Shown here piece by piece: positions 9,608 through 19,925 of a stretch of 31,097 nt of DNA. The position numbers and the translations under genes were made by a program. The notes under the pieces are model-generated. The model had not been told where the DNA came from. It did no database searches and worked only from the letters and a program-made list of their open reading frames with translations. Position 1 is the first letter of the stretch. Every line of letters starts with the position of its first letter. The DNA comes from Chitinophagales bacterium (GTDB taxonomy: Bacteria > Bacteroidota > Bacteroidia > Chitinophagales > CAIODY01): assembly GCA_023251415.1 (NCBI GenBank), contig JAHEYX010000001.1:1-31097 (forward strand), written 5' to 3'.

Positions 9608-11686
9608 CTACCAAACTTTTGCACGATCTTTTTCGTCACGGAACATTTTATCGCCAACTTGTATACCCCATGCTTTATAGAATGGTTCGAAGTTGCTTAA
9701 AGGACCGTTAATACGGTAATGAGCCGGTGAATGTGGATCTACGTTAATAGCCATACGTTGCATTTCTTCCCGTTTAACTATACGCCATACTTGAGCTAAG
9801 CCCAGGAAGAAACGTTGATCAGGGGTAAAGCCGTCAATTTTCTTATCCGATTTGCCTTGTTCAGTCATTTTAAAGGCGTCGTATGCAATTGCAACCCCAC
9901 CAAAATCAGCAATATTTTCGCCTAAAGTAAGGGCTCCTTTTACATGCAAAGTATCCATTTTAGTAGAATCAGCTTTTGAACGGAATTGTAAAGTAAAGGC
10001 ATTGTATTGGTCTACTATCATTCCGGTTTTGGCTTTGAATTTAGCAGCATCTTCTTTCGTCCACCAATTCACCATATTGCCTTTTTCATCATATTGACAA
10101 CCTTGATCGTCAAAGCCATGCGTCATTTCGTGTCCGATAACCATACCGATACCACCATAATTAATGGCATCATCCGCATTCGGATCGAAGAACGGAAATT
10201 GCAATATTCCGGCAGGGAAAACGATTTCATTGAATTGCGGATTGTAATACGCATTAACGGTAGCCGGTGTCATTCCCCATTCTGTTTTATCAACCGGTTT
10301 GCCGTGTTTCTTAATCATTTCAGCATAAGCATGACGGTCGATACTTTCACGGTTAGCAAAGTAATTTGAACGATCGATGGTCACATCATCATAGGTTTTC
10401 CATTTTTCAGGATAGCCTATTTTTTTCATTATGGTAGAAAGCTTAGTTTTTGCTTTAGCTTTGGTTTCAGCACTCATCCAATCCAAATGATCGATACGGT
10501 TAGCAAAAGCTTTTTGTAAGTTGCTCACCAATTCATCCATGCGTTTTTTAGCTTCAGGCGGGAAATAATTTTTAACATATAATTGTCCCAATAAATCGCC
10601 TAAACCACCGTCAGCAGCGTTTGTAACTTGCTTCCAACGGGCTTCTTGTTGTTTTTGACCACTCAAGCGTTTGCCATAAAATTCGAAACTGGCGTTACGA
10701 AAATCTTTGCTTAACAAACCTGCAGCACCATTAATATAATCAAATTTCATCTTGTTTTTCCAAACAGCAATTGGCTGGTTTTTCAATAAACCACCTAATG
10801 CTTTGTAGTAATCGGGTTGACCAACATTTAAAGAATCTACCTTAACGCCCATACGTTCGAAGGCATTGTTCCAATCAATTTCAGGCTGAAGTTTGCTTAA
10901 TTGAGCAATCGTCATTTTATTGTAATTGGCATGCGGGTCGCGCAATTCGATTGCTGAACGATGTGTTTTTGCAATAGCTGTTTCCAAAGCCAAAATTTCA
11001 TTAGCTGCTTTTTTAGCGTCTTCTTCTTTTGAACCGGTTAATTGAAACAATTTCGCAATATATTTTACATACTCTTCGCGAATAGAAGCTTTATCCGGAT
11101 CATTTTTCAAGTAATAATCTTTTTCGGGTAAGCCGGTTCCGGTTTGAGTTAAAACAGCAATATTAACAGTACTGTTCATGTCATCCGGAGCAACATAAAA
11201 CCCAAACAAAGCACCATTGCCTGCTTTGAAGCCATCGGCAGCATAGTTAATTAAGGCTTTATAGTCGGTAATGGCATCAATTTTCTGCAATTCGGGTTGT
11301 AAAGGAGTGGCTCCTTTTGCTTCTATAGCAGCGGTATCCATACCACTGGCATAAAAATCGCCTAACTTTTGTTCGATACTACCCGGAGCATTGTCTTTTT
11401 TATTGGCTGCTTCTTCCAATAAATGATTTAAATTCTTTTTGTTTTGTTCGCCAAGCAGGTAAAAAGAACCCCAGCCGGTTTTATCATCAGGTATTTTAGT
11501 GGTTTTCATCCAGCCACCGTTAGCAAATAGGAAGAAATCTTCAGAAGCTTTTACGGAAGAGTCCATTCCGCTTACTTCAAAGAATTGTGTGCGTTCACCT
11601 TCTTTAGGTTTGTCTGCACCGTTCTGGCATGCGGTCATCATAATTATAGAACTAAATAGGCTGAGTGAAAGAATTTTTTTACTCAT
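9608..11686 (-). CDS. M13 family (neprilysin/PepO-like) zinc metallopeptidase, lipoprotein
   Basis: Lipobox MMTAC; VNAYY...NEIVFPAGILQ, HEMTH zinc motif, GENIAD, DPHSP. Confidence 0.95.
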   Translation of the reverse strand: MSKKILSLSLFSSIIMMTACQNGADKPKEGERTQFFEVSGMDSSVKASEDFFLFANGGWMKTTKIPDDKTGWGSFYLLGEQNKKNLNHLLEEAANKKDNAPGSIEQKLGDFYASGMDTAAIEAKGATPLQPELQKIDAITDYKALINYAADGFKAGNGALFGFYVAPDDMNSTVNIAVLTQTGTGLPEKDYYLKNDPDKASIREEYVKYIAKLFQLTGSKEEDAKKAANEILALETAIAKTHRSAIELRDPHANYNKMTIAQLSKLQPEIDWNNAFERMGVKVDSLNVGQPDYYKALGGLLKNQPIAVWKNKMKFDYINGAAGLLSKDFRNASFEFYGKRLSGQKQQEARWKQVTNAADGGLGDLLGQLYVKNYFPPEAKKRMDELVSNLQKAFANRIDHLDWMSAETKAKAKTKLSTIMKKIGYPEKWKTYDDVTIDRSNYFANRESIDRHAYAEMIKKHGKPVDKTEWGMTPATVNAYYNPQFNEIVFPAGILQFPFFDPNADDAINYGGIGMVIGHEMTHGFDDQGCQYDEKGNMVNWWTKEDAAKFKAKTGMIVDQYNAFTLQFRSKADSTKMDTLHVKGALTLGENIADFGGVAIAYDAFKMTEQGKSDKKIDGFTPDQRFFLGLAQVWRIVKREEMQRMAINVDPHSPAHYRINGPLSNFEPFYKAWGIQVGDKMFRDEKDRAKVW

Positions 11687-11775
11687 GTTTGAATGTTTTG
11701 GTTTAAAAAAGGACCGCTAAGGTAACAGAAATATTGAATAATCGAATCCCCTGATTTGGGGGAGGGTACAAATAA

Positions 11776-11804
11776 AAAAGCCCGATCGGTTTGATCGGGC
11801 TTTT
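11776..11804 (-). terminator. Intrinsic terminator
   Basis: AAAAGCCCGATC-ggttt-GATCGGGCTTTT stem 25 nt past the stop of the 11829-12443 gene. Confidence 0.88.
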
Positions 11805-11828
11805 ATAAGATAAATGCTTAAGTACGAA

Positions 11829-12443
11829 TTATTGTACGAAAGTCATTGTAGAAGTTGTAGTAGAGTTATTGCTACCTGAAGAATAGCTGTCATCAGAAGT
11901 CACCACTAATTCTTTGTTAGCTAAACGAGTGATTTTCCAGATAGAAACACTGCTAGATTTTGGAGTAGAAGTTACTGTTGTAGATGAAGAACTACCAATA
12001 GTAGTAACATCAGTAGATTGCAATTGATTCAAAATAACAGCTTCTTTGTTATTCAAATCATTACCACCTGCAACAAAGTTCCAAGTACCGTTTGAAGTAA
12101 CTTTTGAAGAATAACCGGTGAATGTTTCATTCATTACTGAAGTGTAAGTACCGTCTTTCAAGAATTCAATAGTGTATTCAACTGTACCAATTGAAGTATT
12201 GTTGTTAGCAACGATAGTTTCAGTTGTACCTGCAATTGTTGTGGTTGAAGTTGAAGTGCTACCGCCATTGTTGTTGGTAGTAGTAGTGTTACCTGTGCTA
12301 ATAGTCCATTTACCGGCTAAACGGCTAGTACGTGAACGTAAAGAGATTGAAGGATCGTCAGCACCTTTTTTACAAGAGTTTAAAGTTACAACGCTGCTCA
12401 TCATTAATACAGCCATTGCTGAGAATAAAAAGATTTTTTTCAT
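11829..12443 (-). CDS. Ser/Thr-rich lipoprotein with probable lipocalin-like beta fold
   Basis: Lipobox TLNSC; DPSISLRSRTSRLAGKW start, IEFLKDGTY, GTWNF, WKITRLANKEL, a pattern common in Bacteroidota lipocalin-like lipoproteins. Confidence 0.65.
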   Translation of the reverse strand: MKKIFLFSAMAVLMMSSVVTLNSCKKGADDPSISLRSRTSRLAGKWTISTGNTTTTNNNGGSTSTSTTTIAGTTETIVANNNTSIGTVEYTIEFLKDGTYTSVMNETFTGYSSKVTSNGTWNFVAGGNDLNNKEAVILNQLQSTDVTTIGSSSSTTVTSTPKSSSVSIWKITRLANKELVVTSDDSYSSGSNNSTTTSTMTFVQ

Positions 12444-12475
12444 GTGATTATATTTTAATATTTAAAATTGAAGTG

Positions 12476-12483
12476 CAAAGGTA
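12476..12483 (-). promoter_or_regulatory. Bacteroidota sigma-A -7 box (TACCTTTG)
   Basis: Matches TAnnTTTG on the minus strand, 32 nt upstream of the 12443 start. Confidence 0.7.
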
Positions 12484-12514
12484 AGCCTAAATTACCGCTT
12501 TACCTATTAATTGT

Positions 12515-14116
12515 TTAGATTTTTGGTGCTGCCGACATTATCTCTTCGTTCGCTTGGGAAGCGTATTTTGCAAAATTATTAACAAATTGTTTTGCTAATT
12601 CTTGTGCTTTCGCATCATAAGCTGCCGCATCGCTCCAAGTGTTTTTAGGGTTTAAGATTTCTGCCGGTACATTCGGACAAGAAGTAGGCATAGCCAATCC
12701 AAAAACCGGATGGTTTTCAAAGCTTACCCCGTTTAATTCGCCTTTTAAAGCAGCGGTAATCATAGCACGGGTGTAGCTTAATTTCATACGGTTACCTACA
12801 CCAAAGCTTCCTCCGCTCCAGCCGGTATTGATTAACCAAACGTTAGCGCCTGTTTTACGCATGCGTTCGCCTAACATTTCAGCATATTTGGTTGGATGTA
12901 ATGGCAAGAAAGGAGCTCCAAAACAAGCCGAGAAGGTAGTTGTTGGATCTTTGATACCGGCTTCTGTTCCGGCTACTTTAGCAGTATAACCGCTAATGAA
13001 GTGGTACATAGCTTGACCCGGAGTTAAACGAGCAATTGGAGGCAATACCCCAAAGGCATCACAAGTCAAGAAGAAAATATTTCTTGGAACACCTCCCACA
13101 CTTGGGTTTACTGCATTATCGATGTGCGTCATCGGATAGGCAGCACGCGTGTTTTCGGTTTTTGAAATATTGCTGTAATCAGCAGTGGTAGTGCCCGGGA
13201 AGAATTTTACATTTTCTAATACGCAACCGTGTTTAATGGCTTTAAAAATTTGCGGTTCTTTTTCTTCAGTCAAATCAACACATTTAGCATAACAGCCGCC
13301 TTCAAAATTGAAAACGCCGTCATCTGCCCAACCGTGTTCGTCATCACCAATCAAATCCCGGTTAGGATCGGCTGATAAGGTTGTTTTACCGGTTCCGCTT
13401 AAGCCAAAGAATACAGCGGTATCTCCATCCTGACCAATATTTGCCGAACAATGCATGGGTAATACATTACGGTTAACCGGAAGGATGAAGTTTAATACCG
13501 AGAAAATTGATTTTTTCATTTCACCGGCATAACCTGTTCCGGCAATCAACACCATTTTCTTAGTGAAATTTAAAATAACGAAATTACCTTGACGTAAGCC
13601 GTGTTTAGCCGCTTCTGTTTTATAACCCGGCGCACACAAAATAGTCCAATCAGGCACCATCGTTGCTTTTTCGGCATCAGATGGGCGCATGAACATATTG
13701 TCTACAAACAAGTTGTGGTAAGGTATTTCATTGATGGTACGTACATTTAAACGATAAGTAGGATTGGCACAAACAAAATTATCGCGCACAAAAATTTCTT
13801 TACCGGCATAATAATCACAAACTTCTTTTTGCAAAGCATCAAAAACTTCAGCCGTAACTCCCACATTTACATCCCCCCAATTTACATGGTTTTCTGTAAT
13901 GGCATCACGCACAATATAACGGTCTTTTGGTGAACGACCACTGAATTCGCCACTGTCAAAAACAATTGCTCCGGAATCAGCATAAACACCATGCCCTAAA
14001 GCGATAGCTTTATCCATTAATTCTTGAGGCGTCAAATTCCAATTGCAACTTGTAACATCATGTAAACCGGCAGCTGACAAGGGTACTGCGGTATTTTTAA
14101 TTCCGTTTTCCTGCAT
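12515..14116 (-). CDS. pckA: Phosphoenolpyruvate carboxykinase (ATP)
   Basis: GRSPKDRYIV, GTGYAGEMKKS, Walker A GLSGTGKT, LIGDDEHGW, NFEGGCYAK, ENTRAAYP. Confidence 0.98.
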   Translation of the reverse strand: MQENGIKNTAVPLSAAGLHDVTSCNWNLTPQELMDKAIALGHGVYADSGAIVFDSGEFSGRSPKDRYIVRDAITENHVNWGDVNVGVTAEVFDALQKEVCDYYAGKEIFVRDNFVCANPTYRLNVRTINEIPYHNLFVDNMFMRPSDAEKATMVPDWTILCAPGYKTEAAKHGLRQGNFVILNFTKKMVLIAGTGYAGEMKKSIFSVLNFILPVNRNVLPMHCSANIGQDGDTAVFFGLSGTGKTTLSADPNRDLIGDDEHGWADDGVFNFEGGCYAKCVDLTEEKEPQIFKAIKHGCVLENVKFFPGTTTADYSNISKTENTRAAYPMTHIDNAVNPSVGGVPRNIFFLTCDAFGVLPPIARLTPGQAMYHFISGYTAKVAGTEAGIKDPTTTFSACFGAPFLPLHPTKYAEMLGERMRKTGANVWLINTGWSGGSFGVGNRMKLSYTRAMITAALKGELNGVSFENHPVFGLAMPTSCPNVPAEILNPKNTWSDAAAYDAKAQELAKQFVNNFAKYASQANEEIMSAAPKI

Positions 14117-14145
14117 AAAATTTAGTTTGTATTTAAATTGTGGCG

Positions 14146-14153
14146 CAAAAGTA
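14146..14153 (-). promoter_or_regulatory. Bacteroidota -7 box (TACTTTTG) for pckA
   Basis: TAnnTTTG on the minus strand, 29 nt upstream of the ATG. Confidence 0.7.
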
Positions 14154-14319
14154 AAAATTATTTCGGAGGCAAAAACAATAAATAATGCTTATTCTTAACA
14201 TTTACTTTGACTTTAGTTAAGCTTTGTAGACTGTTGTCTAAACATCTTTCTGTAAAGCACAAAAATGCCTTCGAGTTTTGTTCGATTATTATTTTTAAAC
14301 AGAAAAGAGTAATCATAAT

Positions 14320-14969
14320 TCAAGCAATTTATTCCAACGACCCCTATTTTTTAAATGGTCACCAGCTTACTACTTCAGTTATTTATAAGGATACTTTGGT
14401 AAATTATTATGGATGCGATTCAATCGTTACTTCAACTTTTAGCTATATTAATGCTTCGGTTGATTTGAAAGCCTTGCCTGACTCATTAATTTGGCCGGGT
14501 GAATCGGTTACTTTAGTAGCTGCTTTATCCAACCCTTCCGATTCTGTGATCGCTTGGTCGCCGCTTAGTTTACTTACTACTGTCGATGCCACTTCAATGA
14601 CAACGATGCCTAAAAACAGCACCTGGTATTATGTACAAACCAAATCAAGCGACGGTTGCGTTTCATCCGACAGTATTTTAATATCTTTTAATAGACATTG
14701 CATTACCTAACGCATTCACGCCCAATGGCGATAATCAAAATGATGTTTTCATAGCACGTGGTAAAACAGTAAGTGCCATAACCGAAATAAGCGTATTCAA
14801 CCGTTGGGGTGAACAGGTTTTTCATACCACCGATTATACACAAGGTTGGGACGGTAATTACAAAGGCGAAAAAGCTGAAATTGGAAACTACAATTATGTA
14901 ATTAAAACAGTTTCTAAAGTATCGGGTGTTGTTAAACAATGGAAAGGCAATTTAACATTGATTAGATAA
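14320..14969 (+). pseudogene. 5'-truncated, frameshifted T9SS type-B (gliding-motility-associated C-terminal domain) substrate; 5' boundary approximate
   Basis: The first frame encodes ...IYKDTLVNYYGCDSIVT...SSDGCVSSDSILIS and stops at 14710. Removing one T from TTTT (14686-14689) joins it to IDIALPNAFTPNGDNQNDVF...FNRWGEQVF...GWDGNYKG...KGNLTLIR* ending at 14969. No signal peptide. Confidence 0.85.
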
Positions 14970-15053
14970 TTGATTGCGCGTTTAATTAAGTTAGCATTCG
15001 GGTTGTTTTATCTTATATTAAATCAACTTCGGCATCAACACTACCTTAAAATA

Positions 15054-15085
15054 AAAAAAGCATGCTCTTTCGAACATGCTTTTTT
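15054..15085. terminator. Bidirectional intrinsic terminator
   Basis: AAAAAAGCATG-ctctttcgaa-CATGCTTTTTT, 20 nt past the fumC stop and downstream of the convergent remnant. Confidence 0.82.
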
Positions 15086-15105
15086 GTATAACAAAACTAT
15101 ACGGT

Positions 15106-16503
15106 TTATATCTTTCCGACCATATCTTCCGGCTTCACCCAAGCATCAAACTCTTCGGCTGTTAAATAACCTAAAGCAATAGCAGTTTCTTTTAAAGTAC
15201 TTCCGTTTTTGTGGGCTGTTTGTGCAATTTCTGCAGCTTTGTAATACCCGATTTTAGTATTCAACGCCGTTACCAGCATTAACGAGTTGTTTACGTGTTT
15301 ACGAATATTATCTGCTAACGGTAAAATTCCTTCCGCACATTTATCATTAAAGCTAATACAACCTTCTCCAATTAATCGTGCACTGTGTAAGAAATTATAA
15401 ATCATTACCGGCTTAAACACATTGAGTTCAAAATGACCGTTCATCCCTCCCACATTAATGGCGACATCATTACCCATCACTTGTGCAGCAATCATGGTTA
15501 AGGCTTCACATTGTGTAGGATTAACTTTACCCGGCATAATTGAAGAGCCCGGTTCATTATCCGGAATATGTATTTCACCAATACCGCTTCTAGGTCCACT
15601 CGAAAGCATACGAATATCATTCGCTATTTTCATTAAACTTACCGCAACCGTTTTTAATGCCCCATGCGCTTCTACAATCGCATCATGCGCTGCTAAGGCT
15701 TCAAATTTATTGGCTGCAGTTATAAATGGTAATCCACTAATAGCAGCAATATGTTTAGCTACATTTTCGGCATAGCCCTCCGGTGTATTAATGCCTGTAC
15801 CAACGGCAGTACCGCCAAGAGCCAATTCACTCAAATGAGCTAAAGTATTCTTGATGGCTTTTAAACCATGGTCCAATTGCGAAACATAACCCGAAAACTC
15901 TTGTCCCAATGTTAATGGCGTTGCATCCATAAAGTGCGTACGGCCAATTTTAACAACTTGCATAAAGGCTTTGGCTTTAGCATCTAAGGTGTTGCGCAAT
16001 TTTTCGATACCCGGAATCGTTGTTTCCATCAACATTTGATAAGCCGCAATGTGCATTGCCGTTGGAAAAGTATCGTTTGAAGATTGTGATTTATTGACAT
16101 CATCATTCGGGTGTAAAAATTTCTTTTCTTCCAATAAAGAGCCGCCTTGTAATACATGTCCGCGATAAGCAATCACCTCATTGCAATTCATGTTGCTTTG
16201 CGTGCCGCTACCGGTTTGCCAAACCACCAATGGAAATTGATCCAAGTGTTGTCCGGTCAAAATTTCATCACATACTTTTGAAATCAATTGGCATTTATCT
16301 TCCGGCAATACTCCTGCTTCGAAATTTGTAATGGCTGCCGCTTTCTTTAAAATTGCAAATGCACGAATGATTTCTTTCGGCATACGGTTAATGTCTTGTG
16401 CAATTTTAAAATTATCTATACTGCGCTGTGTTTGTGCTCCCCAGTATACATTGGCCGGCACTTCTACAATGCCCATCGTGTCTTTTTCTTTACGGAATTC
16501 CAT
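15106..16503 (-). CDS. fumC: Class II fumarate hydratase
   Basis: [50 protein letters not shown], signature [15 protein letters not shown]. Start moved to MEFRKEKD (16503) because the ORF-track start at 16539 lies inside the -7 box. Confidence 0.98.
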   Translation of the reverse strand: MEFRKEKDTMGIVEVPANVYWGAQTQRSIDNFKIAQDINRMPKEIIRAFAILKKAAAITNFEAGVLPEDKCQLISKVCDEILTGQHLDQFPLVVWQTGSGTQSNMNCNEVIAYRGHVLQGGSLLEEKKFLHPNDDVNKSQSSNDTFPTAMHIAAYQMLMETTIPGIEKLRNTLDAKAKAFMQVVKIGRTHFMDATPLTLGQEFSGYVSQLDHGLKAIKNTLAHLSELALGGTAVGTGINTPEGYAENVAKHIAAISGLPFITAANKFEALAAHDAIVEAHGALKTVAVSLMKIANDIRMLSSGPRSGIGEIHIPDNEPGSSIMPGKVNPTQCEALTMIAAQVMGNDVAINVGGMNGHFELNVFKPVMIYNFLHSARLIGEGCISFNDKCAEGILPLADNIRKHVNNSLMLVTALNTKIGYYKAAEIAQTAHKNGSTLKETAIALGYLTAEEFDAWVKPEDMVGKI

Positions 16504-16536
16504 AGTGAATTGGATTGGTTTTAAAATTTTGAGTTG

Positions 16537-16544
16537 CAAAAGTA
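16537..16544 (-). promoter_or_regulatory. Bacteroidota -7 box (TACTTTTG) for fumC
   Basis: TAnnTTTG on the minus strand, 33 nt upstream of the ATG at 16503. Confidence 0.7.
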
Positions 16545-16687
16545 AGGTGCTTGCCGCTTATTTTTTAAACTAATTAAGTGCTTTATTGACTGATGCTTAT
16601 CAGGCCTTCTAAATTACAAAGCGGCATTTTTACCCCCTAAGCCTTAATTTTATTGCTTGTTTATTGCTGAATTCAAATGGGATAACT

Positions 16688-16695
16688 TATATTTG
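16688..16695 (+). promoter_or_regulatory. Bacteroidota -7 box (TATATTTG) for the DUF1761-methyltransferase pair
   Basis: TAnnTTTG 19 nt before the ATG at 16715, with a TTG about 21 nt upstream as a possible -33. Confidence 0.7.
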
Positions 16696-16714
16696 AAGAC
16701 TAAACCACTATTTT

Positions 16715-17167
16715 ATGTCACATCTTATTGCTTGCTGGTGGCAAATTCTACTTGCTGCTTTTGCTTATTTCGTTATTGGTGCCCTATGGTTTAATCCGAA
16801 AGTGTTTGGCACTTTGTGGATGAAATCGCACAATTTACCTGCTCCAACAGAAGAAGGGCGCAAAGGCCTACCAAAATTGTTGGCAATCAGTTACGCCTTA
16901 ACCGTATTAATTTGCGCTGCTTTATGTTATGTATTAGGCGCCACTACTGAGTGTTGCGACGCGTCAATGGTACACAGCTCTACCTTGTTTTTTCACGGCA
17001 TTAAAGTAGCCTTGTTGTTGGGCTGTTGTGTTGCCGGATCTTCTATTGCCATTGCCTATACCTATCAAATGAAGCCGCTGGCTGCTTACTTAACCGATAT
17101 CGGTTATCATATTATTGGCTGTTTGGCTGCGGTGGTGGTGTTTCACTTTACTTGCGCTTGCTGTTAG
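16715..17167 (+). CDS. DUF1761-like membrane protein, unusually Cys-rich
   Basis: FVIGALWFNPKVFGTLWMK start and late DIGYHIIG motif typical of DUF1761; four hydrophobic helices; 11 Cys in 150 aa. Confidence 0.8.
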   Translation: MSHLIACWWQILLAAFAYFVIGALWFNPKVFGTLWMKSHNLPAPTEEGRKGLPKLLAISYALTVLICAALCYVLGATTECCDASMVHSSTLFFHGIKVALLLGCCVAGSSIAIAYTYQMKPLAAYLTDIGYHIIGCLAAVVVFHFTCACC

Positions 17168-17169
17168 TG

Positions 17170-17811
17170 ATGGCCGATGAACGCCAAATAACTTTAACGA
17201 CCTGGAATAAAGTAGCTGCTGTTTATGCCGAGAAATTTATGGAGCTCGACTTTTACAACGAGTCCATGCAATGCTTTTGCGAATTGCTGCCTGCTAATGT
17301 CAATACTTTATTGGAATTGGGCTGCGGACCCGGTAACCTAACGCGCTACTTGTTACAGTTGCGTCCCGATTTAAACATCTGCGCCATCGACTTTGCACCA
17401 AATATGATTGCGCTGGCAAAAACCAATAACCCGTCAATTACGGCTATGGTATTGGATGTACGTAACCTGGAGCAATTACAAAGTCGCTATCACAGCATAT
17501 TTGCAGGCTTTTGTATTCCTTATTTAAATGAAGACGAAGTGCGTCAATTATTGCACAATTGCGCGAACAGACTTTACCCTAAGGGATTGGTTTATTTTAG
17601 TTTTATTGTTGGCGATTATGCGCAATCGGGGATGAAGTATGGAAGCACCGGCGACGGCACTTTACAGTATTATTACGAGATTGAAGAAATGCAAGCTTAT
17701 TTAGCGGCCAACAACTTTAGCTTGCTGAAAACGATAACCGTTGAATTGCCAACAGCTTCAGAAGCTTTTAAAACACATGCCATACTGATCGCACAACGTA
17801 ATGCGACTTAG
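17170..17811 (+). CDS. Class I SAM-dependent methyltransferase
   Basis: Motif [33 protein letters not shown]. Start set at ATG 17170 (MADERQ), 2 nt after the DUF1761 stop; the longer ORF-track start overlaps the upstream gene. Confidence 0.88.
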   Translation: MADERQITLTTWNKVAAVYAEKFMELDFYNESMQCFCELLPANVNTLLELGCGPGNLTRYLLQLRPDLNICAIDFAPNMIALAKTNNPSITAMVLDVRNLEQLQSRYHSIFAGFCIPYLNEDEVRQLLHNCANRLYPKGLVYFSFIVGDYAQSGMKYGSTGDGTLQYYYEIEEMQAYLAANNFSLLKTITVELPTASEAFKTHAILIAQRNAT

Positions 17812-18629
17812 TATTGTTCTTGCGCATTCGGGAAATCGCAGTTTTTAACATCGTCGATATAATTGCTTACGGCGCCTTTAATTTCATCGTACAAATTCAA
17901 ATAACGACGTAAGAAGCGGGGATGAAAGCCTTGGTTAATGCCCAACATATCGTGTAATACCAATACTTGCCCATCAACATCAGGTCCGGCTCCGATGCCG
18001 ATGATTGGAACTTTTACTTGTTTAGCCACTTCACGAGCCAGAATAGCCGGTATTTTTTCTAAAACAATCGAGAAACAACCCAATTCCTCCAGCAATAAGG
18101 CATCCTCCATCAGTTTAGCCGCTTCCCGTTCTTCCGTAGCACGCACCGTATAAGTACCGAATTTATTGATGGATTGTGGTGTAAGACCTAAGTGTCCCAT
18201 AACCGGCACCCCGGCAGATAAAATACGCAAAACCGATTCTTTGATTTCTAAACCTCCTTCCATTTTTACGGCATGGGCTCCACTTTCTTTCATGATGCGT
18301 ATTGCAGATTGTAATGCCTCTTTGGAGTTTCCTTGATAAGAGCCAAACGGTAAATCGACCACCACCAAAGCACGGTTAATAGCGCGCATAACACTACTGG
18401 CGTGGTAAATCATTTGATCCAGTGTGATGGGTAAGGTGGTGTCATGACCGGCCATTACATTACTTGCCGAATCACCTACCAGAATAATATCGATTCCGGC
18501 ATGGTCTACAATTTTTGCCAATGAAAAATCATACGCCGTTAGCATACTGATTTTTTCGCCTTTTTCTTTCATGGCTTGCAAGACGTGAGTGGTGATTTTA
18601 TTTACATTCATACGACGTTCGGTGCTCAT
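17808..18629 (-). CDS. panB: 3-methyl-2-oxobutanoate hydroxymethyltransferase
   Basis: [53 protein letters not shown]. Confidence 0.98.
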   Translation of the reverse strand: MSTERRMNVNKITTHVLQAMKEKGEKISMLTAYDFSLAKIVDHAGIDIILVGDSASNVMAGHDTTLPITLDQMIYHASSVMRAINRALVVVDLPFGSYQGNSKEALQSAIRIMKESGAHAVKMEGGLEIKESVLRILSAGVPVMGHLGLTPQSINKFGTYTVRATEEREAAKLMEDALLLEELGCFSIVLEKIPAILAREVAKQVKVPIIGIGAGPDVDGQVLVLHDMLGINQGFHPRFLRRYLNLYDEIKGAVSNYIDDVKNCDFPNAQEQY

Positions 18630-18672
18630 AACAAGATGCTGTTTGGTTAGATTTGCGCTTTCAGAAACAAAC

Positions 18673-18680
18673 CAAAGGTA
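18673..18680 (-). promoter_or_regulatory. Bacteroidota -7 box (TACCTTTG) for panB
   Basis: TAnnTTTG on the minus strand, 43 nt upstream of the ATG. Confidence 0.68.
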
Positions 18681-18858
18681 AAAGAAAATATTAGGCTAGC
18701 AACCACTTATTGAAGTAGCTTATTTTTAGCTAATCAACTGCTACTCGATTCGTAATTTAAATAAAACCTCTCATGCAACCATTCCGAAGGATTTTACCTC
18801 TTCTTAAAGCGCCGCTACCACGCTAAAATATCGGCCTTCGAAATTGTATAAAAACAAT

Positions 18859-18866
18859 TACATTTG
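18859..18866 (+). promoter_or_regulatory. Bacteroidota -7 box (TACATTTG) for the DUF4249 gene
   Basis: TAnnTTTG only 6 nt before the ATG at 18873. Confidence 0.65.
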
Positions 18867-18872
18867 CCTGTC

Positions 18873-19907
18873 ATGAAAAAATCACTACTCGTCTTCGCTA
18901 TTGCACTACTTGGATTTAGTGCTTGCAAAAATGATTTCGTTGTTAATGCTCCTTTTAAAGAAGTGCCGGTTGTATACGGATTGTTGGATTACGACAGTTC
19001 TATGCAATACATCAAGGTAGAACGTGTGTTTGTAGACCCGGTTACCAGCGCCTTATTGGTTGCTCAAAAACCCGATTCGTTGTATTACCCGTCTTCATTG
19101 GTAGTTGAAATTATGGGCTTTAATGATAAGAATGTGCAAATGACCACCCATACCTTTAGTTTGGTAAATGGCGATACCATTCCGGGATTTCAAAAAGAAG
19201 CCGGTGTTTTTGCTTCTTCACCCAATTATTTTTACCGTTTAAAAAGCAAACTAAATCCGGCTTACTATTATCGTTTAAGCATTCGTAAAGCCGATGGAAC
19301 GGTAATTGCCAGCAGCAAAACCAATTTGGTTAACAACAGTACCTTTACTAACCCGAATCCATTCACCAATCCGTATTACATCACCTTTGTAAATCGTTAT
19401 TCCGATCCTCAAGATCAAGTGAAATATTCTTTTCTTTCGGGCAAATACGGAAAAGTGTTTGATGTAGTGGTGCGTATGCATTATACCGAAATTAACAAGG
19501 TTTCACACGATACTTCTTACAAAACCATTGATTGCCCGGTTGCTACCAATATTGTGGCTTCGAGTGATTTAACCGGCGAAAATTTAGAAGCAAATTATAA
19601 TGGTCAAAACTTTTTCAGTTATTTGAATGTGCACCTCAAAAAAGATCAAAACTTAGCGCGTGTAGCTACTACTTTTGATATTTTGCTTTATTCAGGAAGT
19701 GCAGTGTTTAAAACGTATATGGATGTTTCCCTAGCGCAATCAGGCTTTACCGCAGGCAATGTACAACCCGATTATACCAATATTGAAAACGGTTTGGGCA
19801 TTTTTGCCAGTCGCCACATTACCTACAAAGTTGGTGCGTTAATTAAATCGCCTTCTTTAGATTCTTTGCGTAAAGGACGTTATTCGGGCGGATTAGGATT
19901 TATATAG
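18873..19907 (+). CDS. DUF4249 family lipoprotein
   Basis: MKKSLLVFAIALLGFSAC lipobox; PVVYGLLD N-terminal and PDYTNIENGLGIFAS C-terminal motifs. Confidence 0.8.
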   Translation: MKKSLLVFAIALLGFSACKNDFVVNAPFKEVPVVYGLLDYDSSMQYIKVERVFVDPVTSALLVAQKPDSLYYPSSLVVEIMGFNDKNVQMTTHTFSLVNGDTIPGFQKEAGVFASSPNYFYRLKSKLNPAYYYRLSIRKADGTVIASSKTNLVNNSTFTNPNPFTNPYYITFVNRYSDPQDQVKYSFLSGKYGKVFDVVVRMHYTEINKVSHDTSYKTIDCPVATNIVASSDLTGENLEANYNGQNFFSYLNVHLKKDQNLARVATTFDILLYSGSAVFKTYMDVSLAQSGFTAGNVQPDYTNIENGLGIFASRHITYKVGALIKSPSLDSLRKGRYSGGLGFI

Positions 19908-19925
19908 TCTATTTATTCCGTTACT

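Noticed and set aside
11829-12443. Ser/Thr/Asn low-complexity runs as a DNA repeat element
   Set aside because: They are explained by the protein's composition; there is no regular nucleotide period.
14207-14319. N-terminal ~38 codons of ORF 14207-14710 as real protein
   Set aside because: TTG start, no signal peptide, and an intergenic-like AT-rich sequence; recognisable protein begins only near 14320-14345.
17170-17811. ArsM arsenite methyltransferase
   Set aside because: It has six Cys but lacks the ArsM GCGNP motif and N-terminal domain.
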